This document shows, piece after piece, positions 52,147 to 61,779 of a stretch of 64,000 bases of DNA. The stretch's first letter is position 1. Each line of letters opens with the position of its first letter. Source of the DNA: an uncultured delta proteobacterium. Its GTDB lineage: Bacteria; Myxococcota_A; Polyangia; Polyangiales; Polyangiaceae. The DNA is taken from contig CAWJCS010000003.1 of the NCBI GenBank assembly GCA_963841435.1, forward strand, positions 992,001 to 1,056,000, written 5' to 3'. The position numbers were made by a program, and so were the translations under genes. A model generated the notes under the pieces. The model did not search any database. It was not told the DNA's origin and saw nothing but the letters and a program-made list of their open reading frames with translations.

Positions 52147-53217
52147 TCAGCCCGAACGCGACGCGAGCCCCAAGCGCCCGAGGAGCTCGAACACCCGGTC
52201 GAACGCCGATGCGCGCCCGAGCTGCAGGAGGTGCGAGCCCGGGAGTGACACGAGCGGCGCACGGAAATGCGTGGCGAGGCGCCGCGCGTGGGAAAATGGC
52301 GTGATGCGATCGGCGCGCGCGCCGAGCACGAGCACGCGCTCGCTCGAGCCGATGAGCGGCCGATGCACCGGGCTCACGAGGCGGTACGCCGACTCGATGA
52401 GATGGTACTCGCGAGCGCGCGGCTCGGGAGCCTCGGGAAGCTCGCCCTGCTCGAGCGCGAAGTCGGCGAGCGACGCGAGCGGCACCATCGGCACGACGAA
52501 ATCGAGCTTTGCTTCGACGGTCGCGCTGAGCGCCGCCGTGTAGCCGCCCAGGCTCGTCCCCATGATGCCCACGGCGGGATGGCCACGACGCCTGAGAAAC
52601 CCCGCGAGCTCGCGCACGTCGGTGACGGCCTGTCGAAAGCCTTCGTTGCCGAACGCCGGATCGCGCCCCGGGAACTCGGGGCGCCCGCTGCGTCGCGCAT
52701 CCGCGCGCCGGCCGTGAAACGGCAGCACCATGAACGCGCTGTCGAGCCCGAGCGCGTCGAGCTTTTGGACCGGCCAGAGCCGCTCCTCGAGCGAGAGCTG
52801 GCCGAGCAGGTAGCCGTGCAGGAAGATGGCCACGGGGCGAGGCGTCGGGCGTGCGAGCAGCCGGCCAACGACGCTCCGGTTCTCGACGGTGCGAAAGAAA
52901 CTCGCCTGGAGCTCCGGCAAGAAGCTCTCTTCGAGGCTCGGCCAGGCCAGATCGAAGCGCGTGAGCTCGCCCATGCGGCCGTGCTCGCTGGTCAGCGGGT
53001 CGATCGCCCGCGGAGCGGGAAAGAAGCGCGTCGTGTCGAGCGCGGCGTAGCGATCGAGCAGCATGCTCATGAGACGCAGGCGCGTTTCGTGCGGCAGCGC
53101 TGCCGCGTCGTCTTCCGCTCCGGCGGAGCTCGCGCGCACGGCGAGCGTGACGGCGCGATCGAGCCCGGCGGCCGCGCGCGCCGCGAGCCGCGTGGCAAGG
53201 CTCGGCCGGCCTCTCAA
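52147..53217 (-). CDS. Alpha/beta hydrolase
   Basis: FLHGY, LPFHG.R, GTSLGG, ADRIT, GSH. Confidence 0.8.
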   Translation of the reverse strand: MRGRPSLATRLAARAAAGLDRAVTLAVRASSAGAEDDAAALPHETRLRLMSMLLDRYAALDTTRFFPAPRAIDPLTSEHGRMGELTRFDLAWPSLEESFLPELQASFFRTVENRSVVGRLLARPTPRPVAIFLHGYLLGQLSLEERLWPVQKLDALGLDSAFMVLPFHGRRADARRSGRPEFPGRDPAFGNEGFRQAVTDVRELAGFLRRRGHPAVGIMGTSLGGYTAALSATVEAKLDFVVPMVPLASLADFALEQGELPEAPEPRAREYHLIESAYRLVSPVHRPLIGSSERVLVLGARADRITPFSHARRLATHFRAPLVSLPGSHLLQLGRASAFDRVFELLGRLGLASRSG

Positions 53218-54122
53218 GCGCCGCCCCGTATGACCCGCGGCGCGTGCGGCAACAGATTCGCATAGTCGAACAAAAGCTCGAGACTGCCGGCTTCGCGGAG
53301 CCAGCGCTGGTCGTGCGGGCCGGGCGTCACGCGGAGCCGCGCGTCGATGCCCTTCTTCTGGAGGCGCGACGCCAGCCGTTCGCTCGCCGGGCGTCCCTTG
53401 TCCCAGCCCGACGTCGCGACACGCACGGGTCTCGGCCCAACCCGCGCGAAGGCGCGCTCGAAGCGCGCGCCGTACGCGTCGGCGAGCGCCGTGCCGAATG
53501 CTCCCTGGGTGCTGCCCACCGCGTCGAACGCCTCGGGCCGGCGCAGGAAGACCTCGAGCGACACGTAGCCTCCGAGCGACACGCCGTCGATCGCCGTCGG
53601 CGGCCGGTCACCGGCGAAGCCGAGCTCGCGCTGGATCGCGGGCAGGACGCCGTCGGCAAGCCACGCGGCGTAGTGATCGAGCGCGGCGGGCGTCGAGGGC
53701 TGGCGAAATACGTTGGGCGTGAAAGGGCACGCCACGACGAGCCCCTCGTACGGGTGGCGTGCGAGTGCCTCGTTGAGGTCGCGCAGACGCTCGTCGGTGA
53801 GGTACACGGCGTCCTTCAGCGTGCGCACGACAGGCGGCCGTCGAAGCCGCGCGTGAGCCGAGACGAGCCCGTAGCGGTCGGCCCAGGCCCGGATGCCCAC
53901 CGCCTCGCTGTGGGTTTCGCCGAGCCCGTGGCAGAGCACGAGCAACCGGTCCCGGCCCGCCGGAGCCTTGGGCACGAGGAGCAGGCAGCGCCGCGAAAGC
54001 CGCTCGCCCGGCACCTCGAGCTCTCGCTCCTCGAGCTCGATTTTGCTCTCCGCCGCATGGCCCAGGCGGCTCGCGAGCAAGGCTCCCGCGCCGGAAAGCA
54101 GCTGCCGCCTGTGGAGCCGCAT
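53214..54122 (-). CDS. Tat-exported esterase-like alpha/beta hydrolase
   Basis: HRRQLL twin-arginine signal, HGLGE, GVSLGG, PGPHD. Confidence 0.78.
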   Translation of the reverse strand: MRLHRRQLLSGAGALLASRLGHAAESKIELEERELEVPGERLSRRCLLLVPKAPAGRDRLLVLCHGLGETHSEAVGIRAWADRYGLVSAHARLRRPPVVRTLKDAVYLTDERLRDLNEALARHPYEGLVVACPFTPNVFRQPSTPAALDHYAAWLADGVLPAIQRELGFAGDRPPTAIDGVSLGGYVSLEVFLRRPEAFDAVGSTQGAFGTALADAYGARFERAFARVGPRPVRVATSGWDKGRPASERLASRLQKKGIDARLRVTPGPHDQRWLREAGSLELLFDYANLLPHAPRVIRGGA

Positions 54123-54222
54123 CTGTCGAAGTATAGCCCCGCGGTCTCCGATGGTTTGTCCGCCCGGCTGGACCACGGTATGAAACCGAGCAAGAAGGCC
54201 GTGTGCCTTCTGCCCGGGAGCC

Positions 54223-55002
54223 ATGAAGCAAAGTCTCGTTTTCGCCTGTGTGCTGCCGTTTTTCACCGCTTGCTCGAGTGACGAGCCGGGGCCCGGCGCC
54301 GCGGGGAGCCGTTTGCGCACCGAGGGCGGATTTTGTACGGAGTGGGCGCGCGTCGCCTGCAATCCGGCCGTCGTCAACGCCTGCGAGTCGGACAGCGACG
54401 GCTGCCAGGGGCGCCAGGCGGCCTTCTGCGAGGACCTCGTGCCGACGGGCTACAACGCGAAGAACGCCGAGGACTGCATCGCCGCCGTCAAGACGGCCTA
54501 CTCCGACGCCACCCTCACCGCGAAGGAGGCAGCGATCGTCCTACACCTCGCCGCCGATTGCTCCAAGCTCGTGGTCGGCGGCCGCCACGCGGGCGAGTCG
54601 TGTGCCGATTCGTTCGAGTGTGACACCGTGCACGACTACGAATGCGTCATCAAGCCGGGCGCGAGCACGGGGACGTGCCAGGTGCCCGAAGTCGCAGCCG
54701 GCGGCCAGCGCTGCGACGAGCCGCAGATCGTGTGCGAGGACGGCAACTACTGCGACCCGGACGCCGGTCGCTGCTTCGAGATCGCGTCCGAGGGCGACGA
54801 CTGCCAGAACGACGCCATGTGCGGACCCGACGCGCTCTGCACGATTGCCGCGGACACGCCGGCGGGCACCTGCGGCCCGAAGCTCCAACCCCGCGACCCC
54901 TGCGCGAGCGATCAGCAGTGCGAGTCGGGGTTCTGCGTGAACCAGACCTGCCGCACGAGCGTCGATCTTTCGCTCGATACGCCTCTTTGCAACGACCTCT
55001 GA
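54223..55002 (+). CDS. Cys-rich repeat lipoprotein
   Basis: FTAC lipobox; repeated G..C....C.....C units. Confidence 0.8.
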   Translation: MKQSLVFACVLPFFTACSSDEPGPGAAGSRLRTEGGFCTEWARVACNPAVVNACESDSDGCQGRQAAFCEDLVPTGYNAKNAEDCIAAVKTAYSDATLTAKEAAIVLHLAADCSKLVVGGRHAGESCADSFECDTVHDYECVIKPGASTGTCQVPEVAAGGQRCDEPQIVCEDGNYCDPDAGRCFEIASEGDDCQNDAMCGPDALCTIAADTPAGTCGPKLQPRDPCASDQQCESGFCVNQTCRTSVDLSLDTPLCNDL

Positions 55003-55013
55003 CGGGACCGAAC

Positions 55014-55769
55014 GTGTCGTCGCCTCGCGCCATCGCCCTTCTCTGCCTCGTCGCGCTCGCGGCGTGCGAGGACAAGCCGGCTCCCGCGCCCACAGAGAGT
55101 GCCACGGCAGCGCCCGAGCCGCCGCCTCCGCCCGCAAAGCCGACGCTGCCCCCGACGATCGCCATCGACACCGGCGGCGTGCTCGTCGGCGGCAATCGCG
55201 TCACGCTCGAGGGAGCCGGTGTGGCGGCGCGCCTGAAGGGCGAGCTCGAGGGGCATCAAGCGTTCCTGCAGAACCAGGAGGTGCGCATCTCGGCCGAGCG
55301 CAAGGTAAGCCCCGCGTTCGTCGCGCGGGTGCTCGAGGGGCTCGGCGACGCCGGCGCGAGCCGCGTGCTCGTTCGCACGTCGACGCGGGCCGACTTCCCG
55401 ACGGAGGTCGGGTTCCTGCCGCCCGAAAAGGCGCGCAGCGCGCCGCGTTGCAGCGTGGTGTCGATGATCCTCGCCGATCGCAGCACGGCGACGTGGCAGC
55501 TCGGCGGCGGCGTCGCCGGCAAACGCAGCAAGGGCATGGCAGGCCCCGACCTCACGCTGACGGGCGAGACGATCGCGGAGCGTGCGAAGCGCTGCAAGGA
55601 GTCGCAGGTCGTCTTCGTGACGGGCGCGGAGGGCGTCGAGTGGGGGCTGGTCTACGACCTTGCCGCCTCGACGAAGACGCTGGGCCAAGCCTATTTCTCG
55701 GATGCCGCGCTCGTCGCCGGGGGCGACCAGGTACCGGTTCCGGGTCGGCCGGTCGAGCTCGGGCGCTGA
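55014..55769 (+). CDS. ExbD/TolR-like lipoprotein
   Basis: LAAC lipobox, Pro linker, two ExbD-like periplasmic modules (VRISAERKV..., VFVTGAEGVEWGLVYDL). Confidence 0.6.
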   Translation: MSSPRAIALLCLVALAACEDKPAPAPTESATAAPEPPPPPAKPTLPPTIAIDTGGVLVGGNRVTLEGAGVAARLKGELEGHQAFLQNQEVRISAERKVSPAFVARVLEGLGDAGASRVLVRTSTRADFPTEVGFLPPEKARSAPRCSVVSMILADRSTATWQLGGGVAGKRSKGMAGPDLTLTGETIAERAKRCKESQVVFVTGAEGVEWGLVYDLAASTKTLGQAYFSDAALVAGGDQVPVPGRPVELGR

Positions 55770-55785
55770 GCCGCGGCGCGAAGAC

Positions 55786-56259
55786 CTAGCCCACGAGCCG
55801 CAGAACTTCTTCAACGTCGGCGACGGTGAAGGGCTTCTCGAGCTGTGCCCCCGAATAGCGGGCGAGAAAATCTTCCGCCCAGCTCGAGCAGGCACCGCCC
55901 GTCATGAGCACGAAGCGCGCCAGGAGCGACGGGTGCTTCTCGGTGAGCACCTCGTGCACCGCGCGGCCGTTGACACCGGGCATGTCGAGGTCACAGAGCA
56001 CGAGGTCGAACCGCGGATCGCGCGTGAGCCTCTCGAGCGCATCCGCGCCGCCCGCCGCCACGACGACGTTGTGGTTCTCCTCGAGCATGAAGCTCAACGT
56101 CTGACAGAGCAGCGGCTCGTCATCCACGACGAGAATGCGCGCACGCCCGGTCCACGCCCCCGTGCGGTGGAGCCCGCTGTCCTCGGCTCTCGAAACGTCG
56201 ACGGCCCTTTGCTCGTTGCCGGTCCTCATGCACGACCCCTCGGCTGTAGACAGATTCAT
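55786..56259 (-). CDS. Single-domain response regulator
   Basis: [24 protein letters not shown]. Start is 56259 or 56229. Confidence 0.85.
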   Translation of the reverse strand: MNLSTAEGSCMRTGNEQRAVDVSRAEDSGLHRTGAWTGRARILVVDDEPLLCQTLSFMLEENHNVVVAAGGADALERLTRDPRFDLVLCDLDMPGVNGRAVHEVLTEKHPSLLARFVLMTGGACSSWAEDFLARYSGAQLEKPFTVADVEEVLRLVG

Positions 56260-56395
56260 AGCACGACCGGCCTGGCTCACAAAAACCGTGCTTTGCGGAG
56301 CCGGATTCGGCTTCGACGGCCCGTTGGGGCCGCCGAATGGCACCCGCGGGGCAAACCGCACCCGACCAATGCTAAGCCATGCCTCGGACGGCAGC

Positions 56396-57595
56396 ATGAC
56401 TCGCAAGGCGACCAAACCAAGGGCTCGACGCGAAGGGCCCGCGCCAGCGGGAGCTAGCGACGCGGCGTTCGGCGACGACGAGCTCGGTGACGGGCCCGGC
56501 GTCGAGGGCGAGCTCGACGGCGAAGGCGAGCTGTCGGGCGAAGGCGAGCTGTCGGGCGAAGGCGAGCTGTCGGGCGACGCCGAGCTGTCGGGCGAAGGCG
56601 AGCTGTCGGGCGACGCCGAGCTGTCGGGCGACGCCGAGCTGTCGGACGACGCCGAGCTGTCGGACGACGCCGAGCCGTCGGACGACGCCGAGCCGTCGAG
56701 CAACGACGGCGCGCCTGGTGACACCGACGAGTCACCGCGCTCGATCGCGCGCTACGACGCGATGCAGGCGTACATGAGCGAGATCCGGCGGCACCCGCTG
56801 CTTTCGCCCGACGACGAGCACAGGCTCGCCGTCGAATACTCGAAGACGGGCGACGTTGACGTTGCCGCGCGCCTCGTGACCGCGAATCTCAGGCTCGTCG
56901 TGAAGCTCGCGTACGAGTACCGCCGCGCCTACAAGAACATGATGGACCTCGTGCAGGAGGGAAACATCGGCCTCATGCAGGCAGTGAAGCGCTACGACCC
57001 CTATCGCGGGGTCAAGCTCTCGAGCTACGCGGCCTGGTGGATCCGCGCCTACATGCTGAGGTTCATCCTCAACAACTGGCGCCTCGTGAAGCTCGGCACG
57101 ACGCAGGCGCAGCGCAAGCTCTTCTTCAACCTGAACAAGGAGCGCCAGCGTCTGACGGCACTCGGGATCGAGCCAACGAGCGCCGAAATCGCCAAGCGCC
57201 TCGACGTCCAGGAATCCGAGGTCGTGGAGATGGATCGCCGCCTCGCGCGCGCGGACGCGTCGCTCGACAGCCCCGTCACGGAAGGTGACGGTCGCACGAC
57301 GACGCGCCTCGAGCTCTTGCCCGGCGACGGCGAGTCGCCCGAGAACGTCGCCGAGAGCGCCGAGCTCGAGAGGCTCCTCCACGAGCAGCTCGCGGAGTTC
57401 CGCCGCACGCTCACCGGCAAGGAGGTGCTCATCTTCGAGAAACGGCTCGTGGCAGACGAGCCGCTGACACTCCAGCAGCTCGGCGACCAGTTCGGCGTGT
57501 CGCGAGAGCGGGTGCGCCAGCTCGAGGCGCGCCTCGCGGGGCGCCTGCGCGAGCACCTCAAGAAGACGCTGGGCGACGCCGTCGGCGTCGGCTGA
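56396..57595 (+). CDS. rpoH: RNA polymerase sigma factor, RpoH (sigma-32)-like, with an acidic repeat N-terminal extension
   Basis: [30 protein letters not shown], RpoH box [18 protein letters not shown]. Confidence 0.9.
   Translation: MTRKATKPRARREGPAPAGASDAAFGDDELGDGPGVEGELDGEGELSGEGELSGEGELSGDAELSGEGELSGDAELSGDAELSDDAELSDDAEPSDDAEPSSNDGAPGDTDESPRSIARYDAMQAYMSEIRRHPLLSPDDEHRLAVEYSKTGDVDVAARLVTANLRLVVKLAYEYRRAYKNMMDLVQEGNIGLMQAVKRYDPYRGVKLSSYAAWWIRAYMLRFILNNWRLVKLGTTQAQRKLFFNLNKERQRLTALGIEPTSAEIAKRLDVQESEVVEMDRRLARADASLDSPVTEGDGRTTTRLELLPGDGESPENVAESAELERLLHEQLAEFRRTLTGKEVLIFEKRLVADEPLTLQQLGDQFGVSRERVRQLEARLAGRLREHLKKTLGDAVGVG
56504..56701 (+). repeat. 18-bp coding tandem repeat, 11 units
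   Basis: Units such as GAAGGCGAGCTGTCGGGC and GACGCCGAGCTGTCGGAC encode [18 protein letters not shown] and DAEPSD. Confidence 0.92.
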
Positions 57596-57603
57596 GCGCG
57601 ACC

Positions 57604-58440
57604 GTGCCGACGCTCTTCGTCGTCGCCACGCCGATCGGCAACCTGGGCGACCTCGGCGCCCGGGCCGCCGAGGTGCTGCGAAGCGCGGAGCGCGTCTTCG
57701 CCGAGGACACGCGGCGCACCCGAGCGCTGCTCGCGCACCTCGGTGCCGGCAGAAAAGCCGTGCTGCGCGTCGACGCCCACGCCGATCCGTCGCACATCGG
57801 GCGCCTGCTCGACGACCTGCCGCCCGACGCGAACGTCGCGCTCGTGACGGACGCCGGCATGCCCGGCGTGAGCGACCCCGGCGCCGAGCTCGTCCGACAG
57901 GCGGCCGCGCGCGACGTGCGCATCCTCGCGATCCCGGGGCCCAGCGCGCTCACGGCGGCTGTCGCGGTGTCCGGGCTCGTCGAGGGGCCCTTCGTCTTTC
58001 TCGGCTTCCTGCCGCGGCACGGCAAGAAGCGGCGCGCGGCACTCTCGCGCATCGCGGCGAGCACGGATCCGGTCGTCTTGTTCGAGGCGCCCGCGCGCAT
58101 CTCGGACACTTTGCGCGAGCTTGCCGCCGAGAGCCCGACGCGACCCGCGGCCGTTTGTCGCGAGCTCACGAAGTTGTTCGAGGAAACGCTGCGCGGCTCG
58201 CTCGCGGAGCTAGCCGCCATCGAGCGCGAATGGCTGGGCGAGGTCACGCTCGTCATCGGGGGCGGCGAACCGCGGGCGGCCGTCGCGCCCGAGGACGACG
58301 GAGCGGTGGACGAGGAGATCGCGCGGCGCCTCGCCAAGGGCGAGCACCCACGCGGACTTTCCGTCGAGCTCGCGGGGCGACTCGGCGTGCCACGCCGGCT
58401 CGCCTACGCGCGCGTGCTCGCCGTCCGGGAACGCGGCTGA
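57604..58440 (+). CDS. rsmI: 16S rRNA (cytidine1402-2'-O)-methyltransferase
   Basis: VATPIGNLGD, AEDTR, DAGMPGVSDPG, IPGPSA, RELTKLFEE. Confidence 0.96.
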   Translation: MPTLFVVATPIGNLGDLGARAAEVLRSAERVFAEDTRRTRALLAHLGAGRKAVLRVDAHADPSHIGRLLDDLPPDANVALVTDAGMPGVSDPGAELVRQAAARDVRILAIPGPSALTAAVAVSGLVEGPFVFLGFLPRHGKKRRAALSRIAASTDPVVLFEAPARISDTLRELAAESPTRPAAVCRELTKLFEETLRGSLAELAAIEREWLGEVTLVIGGGEPRAAVAPEDDGAVDEEIARRLAKGEHPRGLSVELAGRLGVPRRLAYARVLAVRERG

Positions 58441-59406
58441 TGCGCGCGGCCGCCGCTTTGCTGTTCGCCTCGCTGGTGCTCGTCGCGGGCAAGAGCCACG
58501 CCACGTATTCGGTCGCCGCCGTCGATTCTCGCGCGCCGCGAGGTCGGCGGCGCGGGCACGTCGTGCCTGAGCGGCAGCGACGTCATCATCATCTACGGCT
58601 CGGTGCCCGGCACGGGCGTCGTCCACGCCCAAGCGCGCTTCAACCAGGCCGCGCGCGACCAGGCCGTCGCGCTGCTCGCCGGCGGAACGGCCCCCGCGGA
58701 GGTGATCGCGGCGATCACGTCGGCGGAGTTCGACGCGGACGCCGCGACGCGCCAGTACGGCGTCGTTGACCTTGCCGGTCGCGTGGCCGGCTACACGGGC
58801 TCGGGCACGACGGCGTACGCTGGGGATCGTCAGGGCAGCGCCGGGAGTTACGTGTACTCCGTGCAGGGGAACATCCTCACGAGCGCGCGCGTCGTTGACC
58901 AGGCGGCGGCTGCGTTCGAATCGGGCGGCTGCGATCTCGCGGCGCGCTTGCTCGCCGCACTCCGCGCCGGGGCGGAAGGCGGCGAGGGGGACAGCCGCTG
59001 CACCGAGAGCCGGGGCATTCCCTCCGACTCCGCATTTCTCGAAGTCGATCGGGAGGGCGAGCCTGCGGGCACGTACGCCGCCTTGCGCGTCCCGACCTCG
59101 GGCGACGCCGATCCGCTCGTTTCGCTCGCCGCGGCGTACGATACGTTTCGAGAGGCCCACCCCTGCCCCTCGAACGGAGCGGCCGGGAGCGCCGGCAACG
59201 CGGGGAGCTCGGGGAATGAAGCGGGCGGCTCGGGCGTTGGCAGCGGCTCGAAGGGCGCTCCGCCGAGCGCAGAACCGGCGGGGGGCTGCGGGTGCCGCAC
59301 GGCGGTAACCCCCCGTCCGACGGGCAGAGCCGCCGCGTGGCTCGCCTGCGTGGCGTTGGCTCTTCGAGCGCGGCGTCGGTGGAACCGCCACGCCCTTCGG
59401 TGCTAA
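58440..59406 (+). CDS. DUF1028 (Ntn-hydrolase-like) secreted protein with a MYXO-CTERM sorting signal; +1 frameshift near 58536
   Basis: Signal peptide then TYSVAAVD. Removing one base restores REVGGAGTSC...VPGTGVVHAQA, RQYGVVD, VQGNIL, GDSRC. C-terminus GGCGC...hydrophobic...RRR. Confidence 0.82.
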
Positions 59407-59416
59407 AAGCCCCGCG

Positions 59417-61006
59417 GTGTTCGAGGCGCTGACCAAGGGATTTCGCGAGGCACAGAACCGCCTCGCGGGGCTGACGGAGCTCAACGAGAAGAACGTCCAA
59501 GTGGCGCTCGCCGAGGTGCGCACCTCGCTGCTCGAGGCCGACGTCGAGCTCGGGGTCGTGAAGCGATTTCTGGCGGACGTCGAAGCGAAGGCGCTCGGCA
59601 CCACGGTGCAGACGCGCGTGAAGCACGGCGGAGAAACCCACAAGGTGGGCGCCGGCGAGCAGTTCGTGAAGATCTGCCACGAAGAGCTCGTCGAGATGAT
59701 GAGCTTCGAGGGCGACCCGATCCGCTTCGACTCGCCACCCCCCACGGGCGTGATGATGGTCGGCCTGCAGGGCTCGGGCAAGACGACGACGGCCGCGAAG
59801 GTCGCGCGCTGGCTCACGGAGCAGGGCAAGGCGCCGCTGCTCGTCGCCGCCGACATGCAGCGGCCCGCGGCGGTCGAGCAGCTGCAGATCCTGGGCCAGC
59901 AAATCGACGTCCCGGTCTTCAACCTGGCCAACGAGTCGCCGCTCGAGATCTGCCGCGCGGCGCCGGCGGAAGCGGCGCGCCTCGGCCGCGACGTGATCGT
60001 GTACGACACGGCGGGCCGCCTCGCGGTGGACGAGCCGCTCATGCAGGAGCTCTCCGCCATCAAGCGCGCGGTCGAGCCGAGCAACGTGTTGCTCGTCGTC
60101 GACGCGATGATCGGCCAGGACGCCGTCAAAACGGCCAAAAGCTTCCACGAAAGGCTCGGCCTGAGCGGCGTCGTGCTCACCAAGCTCGATGGCGACGCCC
60201 GCGGCGGCGCAGCCCTCAGCGTGAAGGCCGTCACCGGCGCCCCCGTCGTCCTCACGGGCACGGGCGAGACACTCGACAAGCTCGAGCCGTTCAGGGCCGA
60301 GGGCATGGCGAGCCGCGTGCTCGGCATGGGCGACGTCGTGGGCCTGATTCAGGACTTCGAGAAGGTCGTCGATCAGAAGAAGGCCGAGGTCGACGCGCAG
60401 CGCATGATGCGCGGAGACTTCACGCTCGATGATTTCTTGAACCAGGTGCGCATGCTGCAGAAGATGGGCTCGCTCTCGGAGCTCGTCGACAAGATCCCGG
60501 GCCTTTCGGGCATGGTGCCGCCGGGCGCCGCACAGAGCCTCGATGATCGCGAGCTCGTGCGCATCGAAGCCATGATTCAATCGATGACGCTCGTCGAGCG
60601 CGACGACCCGCAGGTGCTGGTGCGCGAGCCCTCGCGCGTGAAGCGCATCGCCCGGGGCTCGGGCCAGCCCGCCGAGGGCGTGGGCGAGCTCGTTCAGAAA
60701 TTCTTGTTCATGCGCCAGATGATGGGCGGGCTCGGGCAGAACATGGGCCTGATGGGCAACATCCCGGGACTGCGCAACGTCGCGATGGCCAACCAGGCGC
60801 GAAAAGCCATGAAAGGGGGCCTGCCGGGCATGGGTATGCCCGGGATGGGGTTCCCGGGGATGGGCTTTCCGGGTATGGGCATGCCCGGATTCCCGTCAGC
60901 CGAGGAGGCGCCCCGCATGCGCGCGCTGTCGAAGGCCGAGCGAAACGCGAGGAAGAACCAGCGCAAGCGCGAGCGCGACGCACGCAAGAAAGGCAAGAAG
61001 CGATGA
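59417..61006 (+). CDS. ffh: Signal recognition particle protein
   Basis: LLEADV, GLQGSGKTT, DTAGR, TKLDGDARGG, RVLGMGD, M-domain with GMPGM repeats. Confidence 0.97.
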   Translation: MFEALTKGFREAQNRLAGLTELNEKNVQVALAEVRTSLLEADVELGVVKRFLADVEAKALGTTVQTRVKHGGETHKVGAGEQFVKICHEELVEMMSFEGDPIRFDSPPPTGVMMVGLQGSGKTTTAAKVARWLTEQGKAPLLVAADMQRPAAVEQLQILGQQIDVPVFNLANESPLEICRAAPAEAARLGRDVIVYDTAGRLAVDEPLMQELSAIKRAVEPSNVLLVVDAMIGQDAVKTAKSFHERLGLSGVVLTKLDGDARGGAALSVKAVTGAPVVLTGTGETLDKLEPFRAEGMASRVLGMGDVVGLIQDFEKVVDQKKAEVDAQRMMRGDFTLDDFLNQVRMLQKMGSLSELVDKIPGLSGMVPPGAAQSLDDRELVRIEAMIQSMTLVERDDPQVLVREPSRVKRIARGSGQPAEGVGELVQKFLFMRQMMGGLGQNMGLMGNIPGLRNVAMANQARKAMKGGLPGMGMPGMGFPGMGFPGMGMPGFPSAEEAPRMRALSKAERNARKNQRKRERDARKKGKKR

Positions 61007-61779
61007 CACGCATCACCTGGAGCGCCGCCCTTTTGCTGCCGCTCGCCATCGGCTGCGCGACGCGCTCGGAGCCGAGCGGTGAGGGCACCTCCACCAGCGG
61101 CGTCCTGTCGAGCATGCCCGCCGAGGTCGGCACGCGCACCCGCGTGGACTTCGGGGGCACGCTCGAGCTGCTCGGCTGGGACCTGAGCGCCACGACGGCC
61201 GAGCCCGGCGCGACCCTGCACCTCAGCTCGTACTTCCGCGTGACGCGGCCGCTCGCTCCCGGCTACAGCGTGGTCACCGAGCTCGTGCCGCTCGGCCCGC
61301 TCGCCAAACCGCCCGCCGAGGACGACGACGAGAAGCCCGAGGCAGACGCCGCACCGGACGAAAAACAGGCCCCCGAGGTGACCGCGCTCGCAAAGCCCTG
61401 GCCCGACGGGACGCCCACCTTCGCGATCGTGGTTGACGAGCGCGACATCGAGGTGCCAAAAGACGTGACGGCGCCGTCCCTCTCGCTCGCGCTCAGCATC
61501 GCGCACGACCCCGTGCAGGTCGAAGGCGCGGAGATCGAAGGGCTCTCGGCGCTCCGGCTGCCCATCCTCAGCGGCCTGTCGGACGGCGACGGGCGTGCTC
61601 TCGTCGCGCGGCTCGCGACGGGCGTCGTGCCGGGCCAGGCGCGCGCCCAGAAAGGTCAGCGACGCAAGCTCGATCGGCGGCGGCGTCCCCCCGGCAATCG
61701 GGCACCTCGGCCCGCGCTGAGCGCTCTGCGCCGCGCCTTTCCGCTCCACCCCCCGGTGGTCCCCAAGGAGAATCCATGA
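61003..61779 (+). CDS. Lipoprotein with an Ig-like beta-sandwich domain
   Basis: AIGC lipobox; VDFGGTLELLGW...PGATLHLSSYFRV. ATGA-coupled to ffh. Confidence 0.7.
   Translation: MTRITWSAALLLPLAIGCATRSEPSGEGTSTSGVLSSMPAEVGTRTRVDFGGTLELLGWDLSATTAEPGATLHLSSYFRVTRPLAPGYSVVTELVPLGPLAKPPAEDDDEKPEADAAPDEKQAPEVTALAKPWPDGTPTFAIVVDERDIEVPKDVTAPSLSLALSIAHDPVQVEGAEIEGLSALRLPILSGLSDGDGRALVARLATGVVPGQARAQKGQRRKLDRRRRPPGNRAPRPALSALRRAFPLHPPVVPKENP

Noticed and set aside
56345..56385. c-di-GMP-I (GEMM) riboswitch suggested by GGGCAAACC
   Set aside because: The following GAAA tetraloop stem and GACGCAAAG element are absent.
56504..56701. Tandem repeat as a CRISPR or non-coding array
   Set aside because: Units are contiguous with no spacers and are in frame within the sigma-factor ORF.
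60820..60895. GMPGM repeat as a novel element
   Set aside because: Gly/Met-rich C-terminal tails are a known feature of Ffh M-domains.
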